Notes: a model not told the origin generated them from the letters alone. 64,000 bases of DNA from Acidobacteriota bacterium (GCA_040005235.1 JBDTZG010000023.1:18648-82647); one strand, 5' to 3'; shown: positions 48,029 through 58,415, numbered from the stretch's first letter. Translations and numbers: made by a program.

Positions 48029-49258
48029 ATGAAGCGGTTTTCTGTCTATCGAATCGGATTCGCGCTCGGGCTTTGTGCGCTTTCCGGTGCTTTCGCGGCC
48101 GATCGGCCGCCGCGCGATCTGCATCTGGTCGGCGATCACTGGACGGCGTGGAATCCGCCGGTGCCGGCCGAAGGGGTGCAGGTCTATACGATCGTCCGCG
48201 GCGACACCCTTTGGGATCTCGCGAATCGCTTCCTGGGCAATCCTTACCTTTGGCCGCAGATTTGGGAGCTCAATCAGTACATCCTGGATGCCCATTGGAT
48301 CTACCCGGGCGACCCGCTGCTGATTGGTCCTTCGGCGACCGCCGGGACGAGTGCTTACGTGGGGCCCGAGGGCGATATCACCGCGGACTCCGGAGCACCG
48401 GGAGAAGACGGCGAGCCCCAGGACACGACGCCGGTCGAAGGGGTGCAAACCTCCGCTGCCGCGTCGAGCCCGCCGCAGGCGCTCGGCTCCGAAAGCGACA
48501 TCTACTGCACCGGTTACATCGGCGAGATGGAAGAGACGTTCCCGTTCCAGGTCGTCGGCTCGGAATTCGAAAATCTCACGCCGCATAGCACCGGACGGGC
48601 CAGAGAGCCCGAGGAAGTCCGCGCCCCGGTCGTCACCTCGTTCGGCATCGTCCCGGGCGAAACGGCGAAATACGGTCTCGCGGCCGGGGACATCATCTAC
48701 CTGGACGGCGGGCGCGCGAAAGGGCTCGCCCCAGGCGCGCTGTTCATGGCGGTCCAGCCGGGCGATCGCGTGCGGCATCCGCTGTTCGGCGATGTGCTCG
48801 GCCGCTACTATCGCTATCTCGGCCGGATTCGGGTCCTCTCGGTGCAGGACGACTCGGCGATCGGCGAGGTGGTTCAATCGTGCGACCCGATCGAGGTCGG
48901 TACGACCTTGAAGCCGTTCGAGGAGGAGCCCGTTCCGCTCGGCCGGCGCTCCGGATTGCGTCCGGTAAACTTCCCCGCCTCGACCAAGGAGTTGGAAGGC
49001 GCGCCGTCGATCGTGTTCGCCAAAGACGGCATCGTCACGCTGGGGCAGGATCACGTGGTGTTCATCGATCGCGGCGCGGAAGAAAACGTCACGCCGGGCG
49101 ACGTCTACACCATCTACCGCCTGAACCGGCCGGGCATTCCGCCGCTCGTGATCGGCGAGCTCGCGGTGCTTTCGGTCCAGCGGCGGACCTCGCTCTGCAA
49201 GATCGTCGAGTCGCGCGGCTCGATCTTTCTCGGGGATCGTCTCCAGCTGAAGAAGTAG
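48029..49258 (+). CDS. LysM-domain exported protein, TsaP-like
   Basis: YTIVRGDTLWDLA..FLGNPYLWPQIWELNQYI..AHWIYPGD; two beta-rich C-terminal domains (YLDGG, FIDRG). Confidence 0.8.
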   Translation: MKRFSVYRIGFALGLCALSGAFAADRPPRDLHLVGDHWTAWNPPVPAEGVQVYTIVRGDTLWDLANRFLGNPYLWPQIWELNQYILDAHWIYPGDPLLIGPSATAGTSAYVGPEGDITADSGAPGEDGEPQDTTPVEGVQTSAAASSPPQALGSESDIYCTGYIGEMEETFPFQVVGSEFENLTPHSTGRAREPEEVRAPVVTSFGIVPGETAKYGLAAGDIIYLDGGRAKGLAPGALFMAVQPGDRVRHPLFGDVLGRYYRYLGRIRVLSVQDDSAIGEVVQSCDPIEVGTTLKPFEEEPVPLGRRSGLRPVNFPASTKELEGAPSIVFAKDGIVTLGQDHVVFIDRGAEENVTPGDVYTIYRLNRPGIPPLVIGELAVLSVQRRTSLCKIVESRGSIFLGDRLQLKK

Positions 49259-49328
49259 AGACATCGAACCACCGTCCAGGCCCCGAACGCGGACGACGCG
49301 CGCGGCACATGGTAACGTGCCGCGCCGT

Positions 49329-49991
49329 ATGTCCGACCTCCTCTCCGGCAAGACTTCCCGCGGTTTGTTCGTCACCTTCGAGGGCATCGACGGCAGCGGC
49401 AAATCGACCGCATTGCGTCGGGCGGGCGAATGGCTCGCGGCCCGGGGTCTCCCCGTGCGGACCACCCACGAGCCGGGCGGCACGCCGCTGGGCGACGCGA
49501 TCCGGGGCATTTTCCTCGACCCCCGGTGGGGCCATGTGGACGGCACGGTCGAGCTTCTGCTGGTCTTTGCCAGCCGCCGCCAACACCTCCAAGAAGTGAT
49601 CGAGCCGGCGCTCGCCGCGGGCGAAGTCGTGCTCTGTGACCGATTTACCGATTCGACCCTTGCCTACCAAGGGGCCGGGCGCGGCGTTCCGCGCGGGCGC
49701 ATCGACGAGATCGACCAGATCGCGACCGCGGGCCGGCGTCCCGATCTGACGCTCTATTTCGACCTGCCGCTCGATGAGGCGGCGCGGCGGATGGGCGCCG
49801 CCGAACGGGGGGGCCACGATCGGCTGGACGGCGAAACCCGCGCGTTCGCGACCCGCGTCCGGGACGGATACCGAGCTCTCGCCGCCGCGGAGCCCGAACG
49901 ATTCCGAGTGATCGACGCCGCCGGGCCTCAGCCGGAGACCGAAGCCGCCGTGCGCGCGGCGCTCGCCGCCACCCTGAGGCTTGCGCCATGA
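49329..49991 (+). CDS. tmk: Thymidylate kinase
   Basis: FEGIDGSGKST, EPGG, CDRFTDST.AYQG. Confidence 0.96.
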   Translation: MSDLLSGKTSRGLFVTFEGIDGSGKSTALRRAGEWLAARGLPVRTTHEPGGTPLGDAIRGIFLDPRWGHVDGTVELLLVFASRRQHLQEVIEPALAAGEVVLCDRFTDSTLAYQGAGRGVPRGRIDEIDQIATAGRRPDLTLYFDLPLDEAARRMGAAERGGHDRLDGETRAFATRVRDGYRALAAAEPERFRVIDAAGPQPETEAAVRAALAATLRLAP

Positions 49992-50857
49992 CCCCCGAAG
50001 CGTTGCTCGCCGCCGCTCGTTCCGGCCAGCTCTATCCGGCGGTCATCCTTCACGGCTCGACCGCGGAAGGGCGCCGCGAAATCGCCTACCAGCTCGCCCG
50101 CACCCTCCTGTGCGACGCCGACCCCGCCGCCCGTCCGTGCGGAGTGTGCCGTCATTGCCGGCGGATCGTCCCAGGCGATGCCGGCCTGCCCGGGGACAAC
50201 GCGGCGTTCCATCCCGATTTTCAGCTCCTGGAACGCGACACCAAGACTTCGACCTCGGTCGACGCCACCCGCGAGCTTTTGAAGGCCGCCCAATTCTCGC
50301 CGTTCGAGGCGCGCGGCCAGGTGTTCGCCATCGCGAGCGCGGAGAGCCTCACCGGCGAGGCGGCCAACGCCCTGCTCAAAGCGCTCGAAGAACCGCACGC
50401 GACTTCGCCGCGCCATTTCTTCCTGCTGGCGCCGTCGCGCCTCGACCTGCTCGCCACCCTGCGCAGCCGTTCGCTCTCGGTCTACCTCGGCCCCGCCGCG
50501 GCGCCCGATCGCGAGGCGTTGGCCCGCACGGCGGCGTCTTTCGCGTCCGCGGTAGCCGCTTGGGAGAGCAGCCGCGCACCGATCCACCTACTAGCAGCGG
50601 CGAGCATTCTGGGTGGAGCCGGCGATTTCGACGACCCGCGGTCGAACGCGCCTTGGGCCGCCGCAGCCGGCGCAATCCTCGCGAGCCTCGAGGTCGAAAA
50701 CCTCCCCTGCCGTCCCCTCCTCGCCCTCGCCGAGGCGCTGCTCGAAGCGCCGGCTTGGCGCCTCCGGGGAATCCCCGCCGACCGGATTCTCGAAGGCCTG
50801 GTCGCGAGGCACCTGGCCCCGGCGTTCTTCGTCGGAGGGGGAAGCGGCGGGAGGTAA
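49988..50857 (+). CDS. holB: DNA polymerase III delta' subunit
   Basis: CGVCRHC, HPDF, ANALLKALEEP, TLRSR; follows tmk. Confidence 0.88.
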   Translation: MTPEALLAAARSGQLYPAVILHGSTAEGRREIAYQLARTLLCDADPAARPCGVCRHCRRIVPGDAGLPGDNAAFHPDFQLLERDTKTSTSVDATRELLKAAQFSPFEARGQVFAIASAESLTGEAANALLKALEEPHATSPRHFFLLAPSRLDLLATLRSRSLSVYLGPAAAPDREALARTAASFASAVAAWESSRAPIHLLAAASILGGAGDFDDPRSNAPWAAAAGAILASLEVENLPCRPLLALAEALLEAPAWRLRGIPADRILEGLVARHLAPAFFVGGGSGGR

Positions 50858-50916
50858 GTAAGCACCGGGCGCGCTTTCCGGGCGCCGCAAGGAGACCGAA
50901 ACGGTCCCCGCTCCGC

Positions 50917-51753
50917 TCAGTTCGAGGGGGACTCCGGGGCCGGTGCGGACGGAGGCGGCACGGCTGGGGCGCCCACCGGTTCGCCAGGGCGGGGCTCGCC
51001 TTCGGGCTGAATGGCCGAGAAATCGGTGCGATAGACGCTCGGGGTGCCGCGTTCCTTGGTGAACCAGACCCCCGCGGCGGCGCCCCGTTCGTCTTTCGGG
51101 TAGAACCAGCCGATCACCCCGCGACCGGGGCCGCGCTCCAGGTATTCGCGGACGTTGTGCGGATTCGGCGCTCCGAGGACCGAGCGCACCTCGTCAGGGA
51201 TCATGCCGCTCTTCACCTTCGCGAAGCGCTCGGGCGCCACGAAACGGGCCGCGCGGGTCCGAACCAACTCTGCACGCAGCTCGGCATAACCGGGATCGAG
51301 CGCGAGGGCGGCTTCCAGGATGTCGATCGCCCGGCGAAAATCGCCCGCCCGCTCGACGTAGCCGCGGGCGAGGTAGACGTCCTCTTCGCTTTTCCAGCGG
51401 ATCGCTTGAGCCTGGCGGGAGGAGAGCGCTTCTCGCTCGCGCGGCGGATCGTCGTTCAGGAACGCCACCAGGCGGCGCGAAAGATCGTCGGCGCCTCGAT
51501 CGACCTCGCGCTTCAGGACGGCCGTTGCCGGCGCCTCGGGCGCCTGGATGACGCCCGTGGCAAGTCTCTTCCTCCGGTCCAGGAGGTCGCCGCGTTCCTT
51601 CTCGATGCGCCGCCAATCGGATTCGGCGACCAGACGGGACGGCTCCGGCCCTTCCGCCGAAGGAGAACAAGACTGCACGCAGGAGAGGACGATCAGACCC
51701 GCCAGGGTTCGTGCGAGCGAGCGGGAGGGGAAAAAGGGGGCGAAAGTCGTCAT
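50917..51753 (-). CDS. Exported TPR + SmpA/BamE-like domain protein
   Basis: Signal peptide/lipobox, TPR, VKSGM..DEVRSVLGAP. Confidence 0.6.
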   Translation of the reverse strand: MTTFAPFFPSRSLARTLAGLIVLSCVQSCSPSAEGPEPSRLVAESDWRRIEKERGDLLDRRKRLATGVIQAPEAPATAVLKREVDRGADDLSRRLVAFLNDDPPREREALSSRQAQAIRWKSEEDVYLARGYVERAGDFRRAIDILEAALALDPGYAELRAELVRTRAARFVAPERFAKVKSGMIPDEVRSVLGAPNPHNVREYLERGPGRGVIGWFYPKDERGAAAGVWFTKERGTPSVYRTDFSAIQPEGEPRPGEPVGAPAVPPPSAPAPESPSN

Positions 51754-51888
51754 GTAACGGGAGTGCGGCAAGGTCGAACCTCGCCTGCAGGCAAGGTAGC
51801 ACGGGCCGGAAGCGGCCGGCAAGGCACCGGGCGAATCGGTTCTCCCGCCAAAGCCTCATGAATGCTAGAGTTTCGGGGTTTCCTCGGC

Positions 51889-51917
51889 TTGACACGACCG
51901 AGGCCGATTTCCATAAT
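51889..51917 (+). promoter_or_regulatory. Sigma70 promoter
   Basis: TTGACA-17 bp-CATAAT. Confidence 0.75.
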
Positions 51918-51950
51918 CTTTCTTCGACCGAATTCGGGGGCTCCAAGAGC

Positions 51951-53666
51951 ATGTCTTTCGTTGAACGACTCGAGAAGCTGGATCGGGAGATCGCCGTCGC
52001 CGTCGAAGCCGGCCTTGCCAAGCTGCGCACCGAGATCGAAGGGCGACTTCAAGCGGGCCACGACGAGACGCTGCGCCAAGTGCGCGAGCTGCATGCCGAA
52101 TTGCCCGGCGCCTACGTTTCGGGGGCGGAGATCGCCGAGATCGCCGAGATCGCCGAACGGGAACGGCCGGCGCCACCCGCGGTCGAGCCGATCGACGAGA
52201 GCGCGCTCGCCGCCGAGGGGAGAGGGGCGGGCCATTCGGATTTCCATGCGGCGGCGGTCGCGATCGATCGGGCGCGGAGCCAGGGCGACGTCCTCTCCGC
52301 CCTACTCTCCGAGACCCCGCGGTTCGCTTCGCGGGCGGCGCTCCTTCTGGTCCGGCCCGACGGCCTCTCCGGCTGGGGCGCTCAGGGATTCCCCCGGGAA
52401 CGGATCATCGCCCTCCACCTGCCCCGCCACCATGCCTTGACGGCGAAAATGATCGACGGCTCGGGGACCGTCTCCCTCACTTCGGCAGATTGCGCCGAGC
52501 TGGCCTCGCAGCTCGATGGTCCTGCGGCGCGCGAGGGGGTTTTGATTCCGATCGTCCTGCGCGACCGGGTGACGGCGGCGCTCTACGCCGACGCGCTCGA
52601 CGGCCAGGCGCTCGAAACGGCGGCACTCCAGACGCTCGCGCATCTCGTCGCACTCTCGATCGAAACGCTGCCGTTCCGGGAGCGGCAGGCGACGGCAACG
52701 CTTCGCTCCGCCGATTCCCTGCCTCGGGAGACCCCGCCGACGGCCCTGACGCCTCCGCCTCCGGCCCCTCCGGCGGAAGCCGTGGAACCGGAGCCGGGCG
52801 CGACCCAGGCCCTGTGGGTTCCGGAACCCGAGCCCGAGCCCGAGCCGCCGACCGTCGAGGCCTCCTGGGCGGTCGAACCCGACGCGATCGAGCCGGAGAG
52901 CACCCCTGAGGTCAATGAGGTCCACGAGGTCCACGAGGTCGAAGCGGTAGGAGTCGAAGCGCTCAGCACCGGAGCCCTGGAAATCGACCTCGAACCGGTG
53001 CTGCCGCCGATCGACCTCGATGCGACATCAATCCCCGAGCTGCTGGAACCCGAGCCGGTCGCCTGGCAGGCCGCCCCGCCGGCTCCGGTCGCGATTGAGA
53101 ACGTGCCAGAGCTGCCCGCCGATCCGTACATCGACCGGCCCGCCGCGAGCGACGCCCACGAGACGGTCCTGCTGCGGACCCTGCCTTCGTCCGCGCCTCC
53201 GAGCGGCGCAGGCACCTCCGCGTTCGCCGATCTTCCGGCCGATCTGCCCGACGAGCCGGCGCTTCCCGAACCGCAGGACGATTCGACCCACGCCGAACCG
53301 CTGCGCGCCGTCCCCGACGCACCGCGCACGGCGGAGGTTCGGCCGCCGAGCGGCGTCCAGGGACCCGGCTGGGCGTTCTCGACCGGGCGCATGCCGGCGA
53401 TCTCTTTGGATGACGAACCCGTGCATGAAGAAGCGCGCCGCCTGGCCCGGCTACTGGTCAGCGAGATCAAGCTCTATAACGAAGAGCAGGTCGAAGAAGG
53501 GCGCCGGAACCGCGACATCTACGAGCGCCTGAAGGAAGACATCGACCGGTCCCGGCAAATGTACGAGGACCGGGTTGACCCCAAGGTGGTCGCGACGACC
53601 GATTACTTCTACCAGGAGCTGGTGCGAATCCTCGCGGCCGGCGACTCGCGCGCGCTGGGGATTTGA
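51951..53666 (+). CDS. Hypothetical protein: coiled coil, GAF-like domain, acidic Pro-rich linker, conserved C-terminal RRLARLLVSEIKLYN domain
   Basis: LIPIVLRDRVTAALYAD (GAF-like); EEARRLARLLVSEIKLYNE...DIDRSRQMY. Confidence 0.75.
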   Translation: MSFVERLEKLDREIAVAVEAGLAKLRTEIEGRLQAGHDETLRQVRELHAELPGAYVSGAEIAEIAEIAERERPAPPAVEPIDESALAAEGRGAGHSDFHAAAVAIDRARSQGDVLSALLSETPRFASRAALLLVRPDGLSGWGAQGFPRERIIALHLPRHHALTAKMIDGSGTVSLTSADCAELASQLDGPAAREGVLIPIVLRDRVTAALYADALDGQALETAALQTLAHLVALSIETLPFRERQATATLRSADSLPRETPPTALTPPPPAPPAEAVEPEPGATQALWVPEPEPEPEPPTVEASWAVEPDAIEPESTPEVNEVHEVHEVEAVGVEALSTGALEIDLEPVLPPIDLDATSIPELLEPEPVAWQAAPPAPVAIENVPELPADPYIDRPAASDAHETVLLRTLPSSAPPSGAGTSAFADLPADLPDEPALPEPQDDSTHAEPLRAVPDAPRTAEVRPPSGVQGPGWAFSTGRMPAISLDDEPVHEEARRLARLLVSEIKLYNEEQVEEGRRNRDIYERLKEDIDRSRQMYEDRVDPKVVATTDYFYQELVRILAAGDSRALGI

Positions 53667-53737
53667 CCACCGCCCGAGGCGCCCTTCCCGGTACCGGCGA
53701 AGGGTGTGGGACAAGATCCGAAGGAGCGAATGACCCC

Positions 53738-56047
53738 ATGAGACCGCCTGCCAGAGCCCGCCGCTCGAGATTGGCCCTCGGGAGCCTCCTGGTCGTCATC
53801 CTGCCTCTTTTGCTCGGTGCCGCCTGGCGCCTGTCGGATTCCGGAACGATCGTCTCCCGGCCCCGCGCCTGGGAAAAAGCCGCCGGCCTGCTCCGGAACC
53901 GCAATTGCCCCGGGGCTCTCTCGGCCGTGGATGCGCTCGCCGCGGAGGCCGCCGGGCAGGACGCGGTGCTCGCGCGCCTGGCCGGTGGGTTCTACGCCCG
54001 GGCCTGCGGCCGGGCAGATCTCGCGGAAACGCGCTTGCGGTCGATCGCAACGCCGGGGGGCCTGCTGGAGGACTGGCGTCTCTGGGAGCTTGCGCAAGCG
54101 GCCACCCAAGTCGGCCACCCTGCCGCCGCCGAGGTTTCGCTCGCCCATCTGATCGGCGATTATCCCGCCTCTCCCCTGCGCCCGCGCGCGCTGCTCGCGG
54201 CGGCGCAGCTCGCCCGCGATCGAGGCGATGTCCGAAGCGCTCTCGCGCTCGCGGATCTTGGTCGGCGCCCGGTGATTGGAGCCAGCGGAGCCAACGGAGC
54301 CAGCGGAGCCAGCGGATCACCCGTCGGCACGGCCCCCTCGAACGGCCCCATCAAGGCAGATGCCGTGGCGACCGCCGATCTCGAAGCGCTCGCGTGGCAG
54401 GCTGCGACAACCGCAGGAGATGCCGCAGAGAAGGCGCGTTCGGCACGCCGGCTGTTGGTCGAGTTTCCGCTCAAAGCGGCCGAACTTTCGGTCATCGAGA
54501 GCTTCCGCGCACCCGACGGGCAGGTCGATTGGGCGGGCATTTTGACCGGCGCCGAGCTGACCCGACGGGCGCGGACGCTCCTCGGCCTCGGCTTGCTCGA
54601 AGGTGCGGCAACCGCGCTCGCCGCGGTGCCCGCCGGGGAGCGCGATTTCGCCTGGAGCCTGCTCGACGCCGAGGCGGCCACCCGCGCCCTGCACGGAGCG
54701 GAAGCTTACGCCGAGCTCGCGCCGCTCACGTTCCATACCCCGGCCGAAGAAGCCGCCCTCGCCTGGGCGCGCGCCCAGGCGGCGGACGAGGCGGCGACGG
54801 CGCGGCGCGGACGATCTGGACCGACCTCCGTCGAACGGACCGAGCTGCGCCAGAACCAGCGCCGTGATCTTCTGCGCGTGGTTCAGCTGAAGGCCGACAA
54901 GGTCCTGTCGCAAAGGGCGCTCAAGATCTTGTTCGAGCAGTTCGTCGGCGAAGAGGCTTCGGACAGGGCGCTCGCCTGCCTGCGCGAGCTGCGCCTGCTC
55001 GATCCGAGCGACACGACCGGCGCGACGCTTCTTTGGGGCCGCGGCTGGTTGGAGTACGCCCGCGCCAACTACACCGGAGCGATCGGCTGGTGGACCGAGC
55101 TGGTTTCGATCTATCCGAACGAAACTTCGGCCCGCTCCGCCCGTTATTGGACCGCCCGCTCGTTCGAACGGCTCGGAGAAACCGAGCGCAGCCGCCAGAT
55201 CTACCGCGAGGTGGCCGCCGCGGATACCGCCGATTTCTACCGCCGGAACGCGCTTTCCCGCCTGGGAGAAAAGGGCCCGCCGAAAGAGCAGGCCGCCGCG
55301 CCCGGGGCGAGCGATGCCGCGAGCCTTTGGCCCACCGATCCCGCCCTCTCTCGCGCCCGCCTGCTCTCGGACTATGGACTCGACGACCTGGCTTCGATCG
55401 AGCTCGACCTGGTGGGCGATCGCGCCCCGAAGCGCCCGGTCTCAGCACTTCGGGCGGTCATCCTCGCCCGGCAAGGCGACCGGCGAAAGAGCGTGCTCGC
55501 GATCCGCGACGCTTTTCCAGCGCTCGGCGGACCGTTCCAGGCCTCGGTCCCGCTGGAGGCGCAGCAGCTCTATTACCCGGTTGCGTTCCAGCCGCAGATC
55601 GAAGCCTGGGCTCTCACCCATCGCCTGCCGGTCGCCGTGGTCTACGGCATGATCCGGCAGGAAAGCTCGTTCGATCTTTCGGCGCAAAGCCACGTCGGCG
55701 CCCGGGGCCTGATGCAGCTGATGCCGGCGACGGCGCGCGAGATCTCGCGCCGGTTCGGCATTCCCTTCTCGGCCGCGGGGCTCGACGAGCCGGACCTGAA
55801 CGTCCGCTTGGGCACGGCCTATTTCCGCCAGATGCTCGACACCTTCGGCGGCAATCTGGAGCTTGCGCTCGCCGGCTACAACGCCGGGCCGAACCGCATC
55901 CGCCGGCTCTGGCAAAACTCGCCCGCCCAGGAGACGGACGCATTCGTCGAGGGGCTCGCTCTCTCCGAGCCGAGGATCTACGTCAAGCGAATCTTGATCC
56001 TCTCGGACAGCTACCGGCGGCTCTATTCGAGCGCGAACGCAGGCTGA
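53738..56047 (+). CDS. Soluble lytic transglycosylase (SLT) with TPR repeats
   Basis: IRQESSF, GARGLMQLMPATA, AGYNAG, YVKRI. Confidence 0.9.
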   Translation: MRPPARARRSRLALGSLLVVILPLLLGAAWRLSDSGTIVSRPRAWEKAAGLLRNRNCPGALSAVDALAAEAAGQDAVLARLAGGFYARACGRADLAETRLRSIATPGGLLEDWRLWELAQAATQVGHPAAAEVSLAHLIGDYPASPLRPRALLAAAQLARDRGDVRSALALADLGRRPVIGASGANGASGASGSPVGTAPSNGPIKADAVATADLEALAWQAATTAGDAAEKARSARRLLVEFPLKAAELSVIESFRAPDGQVDWAGILTGAELTRRARTLLGLGLLEGAATALAAVPAGERDFAWSLLDAEAATRALHGAEAYAELAPLTFHTPAEEAALAWARAQAADEAATARRGRSGPTSVERTELRQNQRRDLLRVVQLKADKVLSQRALKILFEQFVGEEASDRALACLRELRLLDPSDTTGATLLWGRGWLEYARANYTGAIGWWTELVSIYPNETSARSARYWTARSFERLGETERSRQIYREVAAADTADFYRRNALSRLGEKGPPKEQAAAPGASDAASLWPTDPALSRARLLSDYGLDDLASIELDLVGDRAPKRPVSALRAVILARQGDRRKSVLAIRDAFPALGGPFQASVPLEAQQLYYPVAFQPQIEAWALTHRLPVAVVYGMIRQESSFDLSAQSHVGARGLMQLMPATAREISRRFGIPFSAAGLDEPDLNVRLGTAYFRQMLDTFGGNLELALAGYNAGPNRIRRLWQNSPAQETDAFVEGLALSEPRIYVKRILILSDSYRRLYSSANAG
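54278..54316 (+). repeat. 9-bp tandem repeat (GGAGCCARC x4)
   Basis: Encodes GASGANGASGASG within Slt. Confidence 0.85.
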
Positions 56048-56060
56048 TCCCGACGTCTCG

Positions 56061-57488
56061 ATGTTCCGAAGTCGGTCCCCGGTGGCCACGGCCGGATGGC
56101 TTTTCGGCGTTCTGGGGCTCTTTTGCCTTCAGACTTTGGGCTGCCGGGCCCAGGGCCCCGCCCGGCCGAAAAAGCACACCGGCCCGATCGTCTTGATCAC
56201 CTTCGAAGGGCTGCGCGACGACGCGGTGACCGGGCTGGGTGGCGAGCCGGGGCTCACGCCGCGATTTTCCGCCTTGCTTGCCCGCTCCTGGAGCGGCCGG
56301 GGAATCGCCGCCTCCGGCTGGGCCGAAGCTTCGATCGCGAGCGTCGTCACCGGCCTGTCGCCCTGGCAGCACCAAGTCCTCACCCCCGGGACGGGCGAGC
56401 TGGCGGCCGGGGTTCTTCCTCTCGCCGAGGCGCTCCACAGTGCGGGGTACCGGACCTACGGCTTCGGTTCCGCCCGCGAAGTGCGGCTTGGCCTTTCGCG
56501 CGGATTCGACGAGTTCGGCGATCTCGGCAAAGGGCACGCGGCGATGGCCCGGCTCTCCCGCCTTTCCGGCGGGCGCGAGCTGGTCTGGATCCACCTCTCC
56601 GAGCCGCGGCCGCCGTTCGTGCGCCGCGATTGGCTGCTCGCCCGGCTGGCCGACGCGCCGACCCACCTGCCCCGCCGCTTGAGCGCTGCACAGGTGGACC
56701 AGCTGCTCGCCCAAGGTTCGGGCGATCCTGAGGTGCTGCGGAAGCTCGGCGCGATGTACCGATCGAACGTCGCCTGGGCCGACGAGCGGCTCGGCCGCCT
56801 GCTCGACGCGCTCGATGCGAGCGGCATGCGCGACCGGACCCTGCTGCTGGTCACCTCGGTGATCGGCGAAGATTTCGGTCCGGGGCGCCTCGAAGGCCGA
56901 GACCGCGGTCTCGGACGCCAGGTCCTCGAAGTGCCGCTGGTCGTGGAGTTGCCGAGCCAGAGCCCAAGGCGGATCGCGACGGCTCTTAAAAGTCCGGTCG
57001 CCCTCACCCGCCTCTGGGCGACGGTCGCCGAAGCGACCGGGTTGCCGGTGCCGCCCGCCGTGGCGCCGAGCCTGTTTCGCCAAACGTCCGCGCCGATTCT
57101 CTCCGACCTCTATGGCGGGCCGGACGGAAGCAACCACTTCTCGCTGCTCGCCGGGTCGGATCAGCTGCTCTGGCAGGTCGCGTTCGCCCCTCCCGGTGAT
57201 CCCGGCCCTCCCGGCGCTCCCGCCCCTCCCGATACCGCGCGGGAAGCGGCGTTTTTAGCCACCCCGCCGCTCCACGGTGACGGGGGTCCGGGCAGCACGC
57301 CGGTCCTCCACCTGCTGCGCTGGGGGCCGGGCGGAAGCCGACCGATCGCCGATCCGGCACGAGAAAAAGCGCTCGCCTTGGCGCTCGAACGAGCGTGGAT
57401 GCGGTTCGTACCCGAGGAGCTCTCGCCCTCGGCGGAGGTCCGAACGCGAGGCGGGGCGCCGACGGCACCCGAGCGCGCGAATCGGTAA
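56061..57488 (+). CDS. Sulfatase-fold lipoprotein, catalytically degenerate
   Basis: LITFEGLRDD, WAEASIASVVTG.P..H, TSVIGE in place of TSDHGE. Confidence 0.7.
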   Translation: MFRSRSPVATAGWLFGVLGLFCLQTLGCRAQGPARPKKHTGPIVLITFEGLRDDAVTGLGGEPGLTPRFSALLARSWSGRGIAASGWAEASIASVVTGLSPWQHQVLTPGTGELAAGVLPLAEALHSAGYRTYGFGSAREVRLGLSRGFDEFGDLGKGHAAMARLSRLSGGRELVWIHLSEPRPPFVRRDWLLARLADAPTHLPRRLSAAQVDQLLAQGSGDPEVLRKLGAMYRSNVAWADERLGRLLDALDASGMRDRTLLLVTSVIGEDFGPGRLEGRDRGLGRQVLEVPLVVELPSQSPRRIATALKSPVALTRLWATVAEATGLPVPPAVAPSLFRQTSAPILSDLYGGPDGSNHFSLLAGSDQLLWQVAFAPPGDPGPPGAPAPPDTAREAAFLATPPLHGDGGPGSTPVLHLLRWGPGGSRPIADPAREKALALALERAWMRFVPEELSPSAEVRTRGGAPTAPERANR

Positions 57489-57512
57489 ACCGAGCCGCGA
57501 CCCGGAGCCAGG

Positions 57513-57521
57513 TGCTATACT
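57513..57521 (+). promoter_or_regulatory. Extended -10 promoter of the tRNA
   Basis: TG-C-TATACT. Confidence 0.55.
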
Positions 57522-57547
57522 CAATCTCCGCCCCGCCGGGGTCTCCC

Positions 57548-57620
57548 GGGTCCATAGCTCAGCGGTTAGAGCAACCGGCTCATAACCGGCAGGTCCCTGG
57601 TTCAAATCCAGGTGGACCCA
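57548..57620 (+). tRNA. tRNA with CAT anticodon, probably tRNA-Ile2 (lysidine); CCA not encoded
   Basis: GGGTCCA/TGGACCC acceptor stem, CCGG-CTCATAA-CCGG anticodon arm, TTCAAAT T-loop; lacks initiator features. Confidence 0.9.
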
Positions 57621-57664
57621 CACCGCGAGCAGCGGGGCTATCGAGGAGAGCGCATCCGCCACTC

Positions 57665-58408
57665 ATGACGCCCCAACTGACGACCATCGTCGAGCTCCAG
57701 CGCGCCCTGGATCAGCTCCAGGACGCCGAACGCCGAATCAACGAAGTTCCAGAATGGATGCGCGAGTTGCACGAGCAGCACGGCGTGCGCTCCGCCGAGA
57801 TTCTCGCTTCCGAAACCGCTGCCGAAGAAGCAAGCCGCGAACGAACCGCCGCGGACGAGGCGATCCAAGAAGCGCAAGAGAAGTTGAAACGGTACCAGCA
57901 GCAGATCAACCGGGTCACCAATCAGCGCGAATACGGCGCCCTCCTGCAAGAGATCGATACCGTAAAACGCGAGATCACCAGCCTGGAAGAGCAGGGACTG
58001 GCCGCGATCGAACGGATTGAGGACGCGAACAAGGCGCTCGCCGAGCTACGCGAAAGTTTTCGCGAGATCGACGCGCAGTACGCCGCCGAAGCCGCGAAGT
58101 GGGAACGCGAAAAGCCGGGTGTCGCCCGCGAAGCCACGGAAATTCGCAAGCGGATCGTCGAGCTGCGCGGTCAACTGCCCAAGGGCGTGCTCGCCCTGTT
58201 CGAGCGCATCCGCGAGCGCTACGCGGGCTCCGGCATCACCGAGGTCCTCAAGTTCGAGCGAATCGGCAGCAGCCAATTCGAATGGCATTGCAGCGCCTGC
58301 AACTTCCGCGTCCGCCCGCAGGTCGTGGTCGAGATCCGCACCCAGGGAACCCTCGTCCAATGCGACTCCTGCAAGCGGATCCTGGTGGTTCAGGAAACTG
58401 CCGCCTGA
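57665..58408 (+). CDS. Coiled-coil + C4 zinc-ribbon protein (DUF164; HP0958/CdsZ-like)
   Basis: Long coiled coil, N.REY.AL..EI, CSAC...CDSCKRIL. Confidence 0.88.
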   Translation: MTPQLTTIVELQRALDQLQDAERRINEVPEWMRELHEQHGVRSAEILASETAAEEASRERTAADEAIQEAQEKLKRYQQQINRVTNQREYGALLQEIDTVKREITSLEEQGLAAIERIEDANKALAELRESFREIDAQYAAEAAKWEREKPGVAREATEIRKRIVELRGQLPKGVLALFERIRERYAGSGITEVLKFERIGSSQFEWHCSACNFRVRPQVVVEIRTQGTLVQCDSCKRILVVQETAA

Positions 58409-58415
58409 GGTTGCG

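Noticed and set aside
49988-50857. holB as a pseudogene because Walker A is degenerate
   Set aside because: Delta' is normally a non-ATP-binding subunit; the ORF, Zn motif and SR motif are intact.
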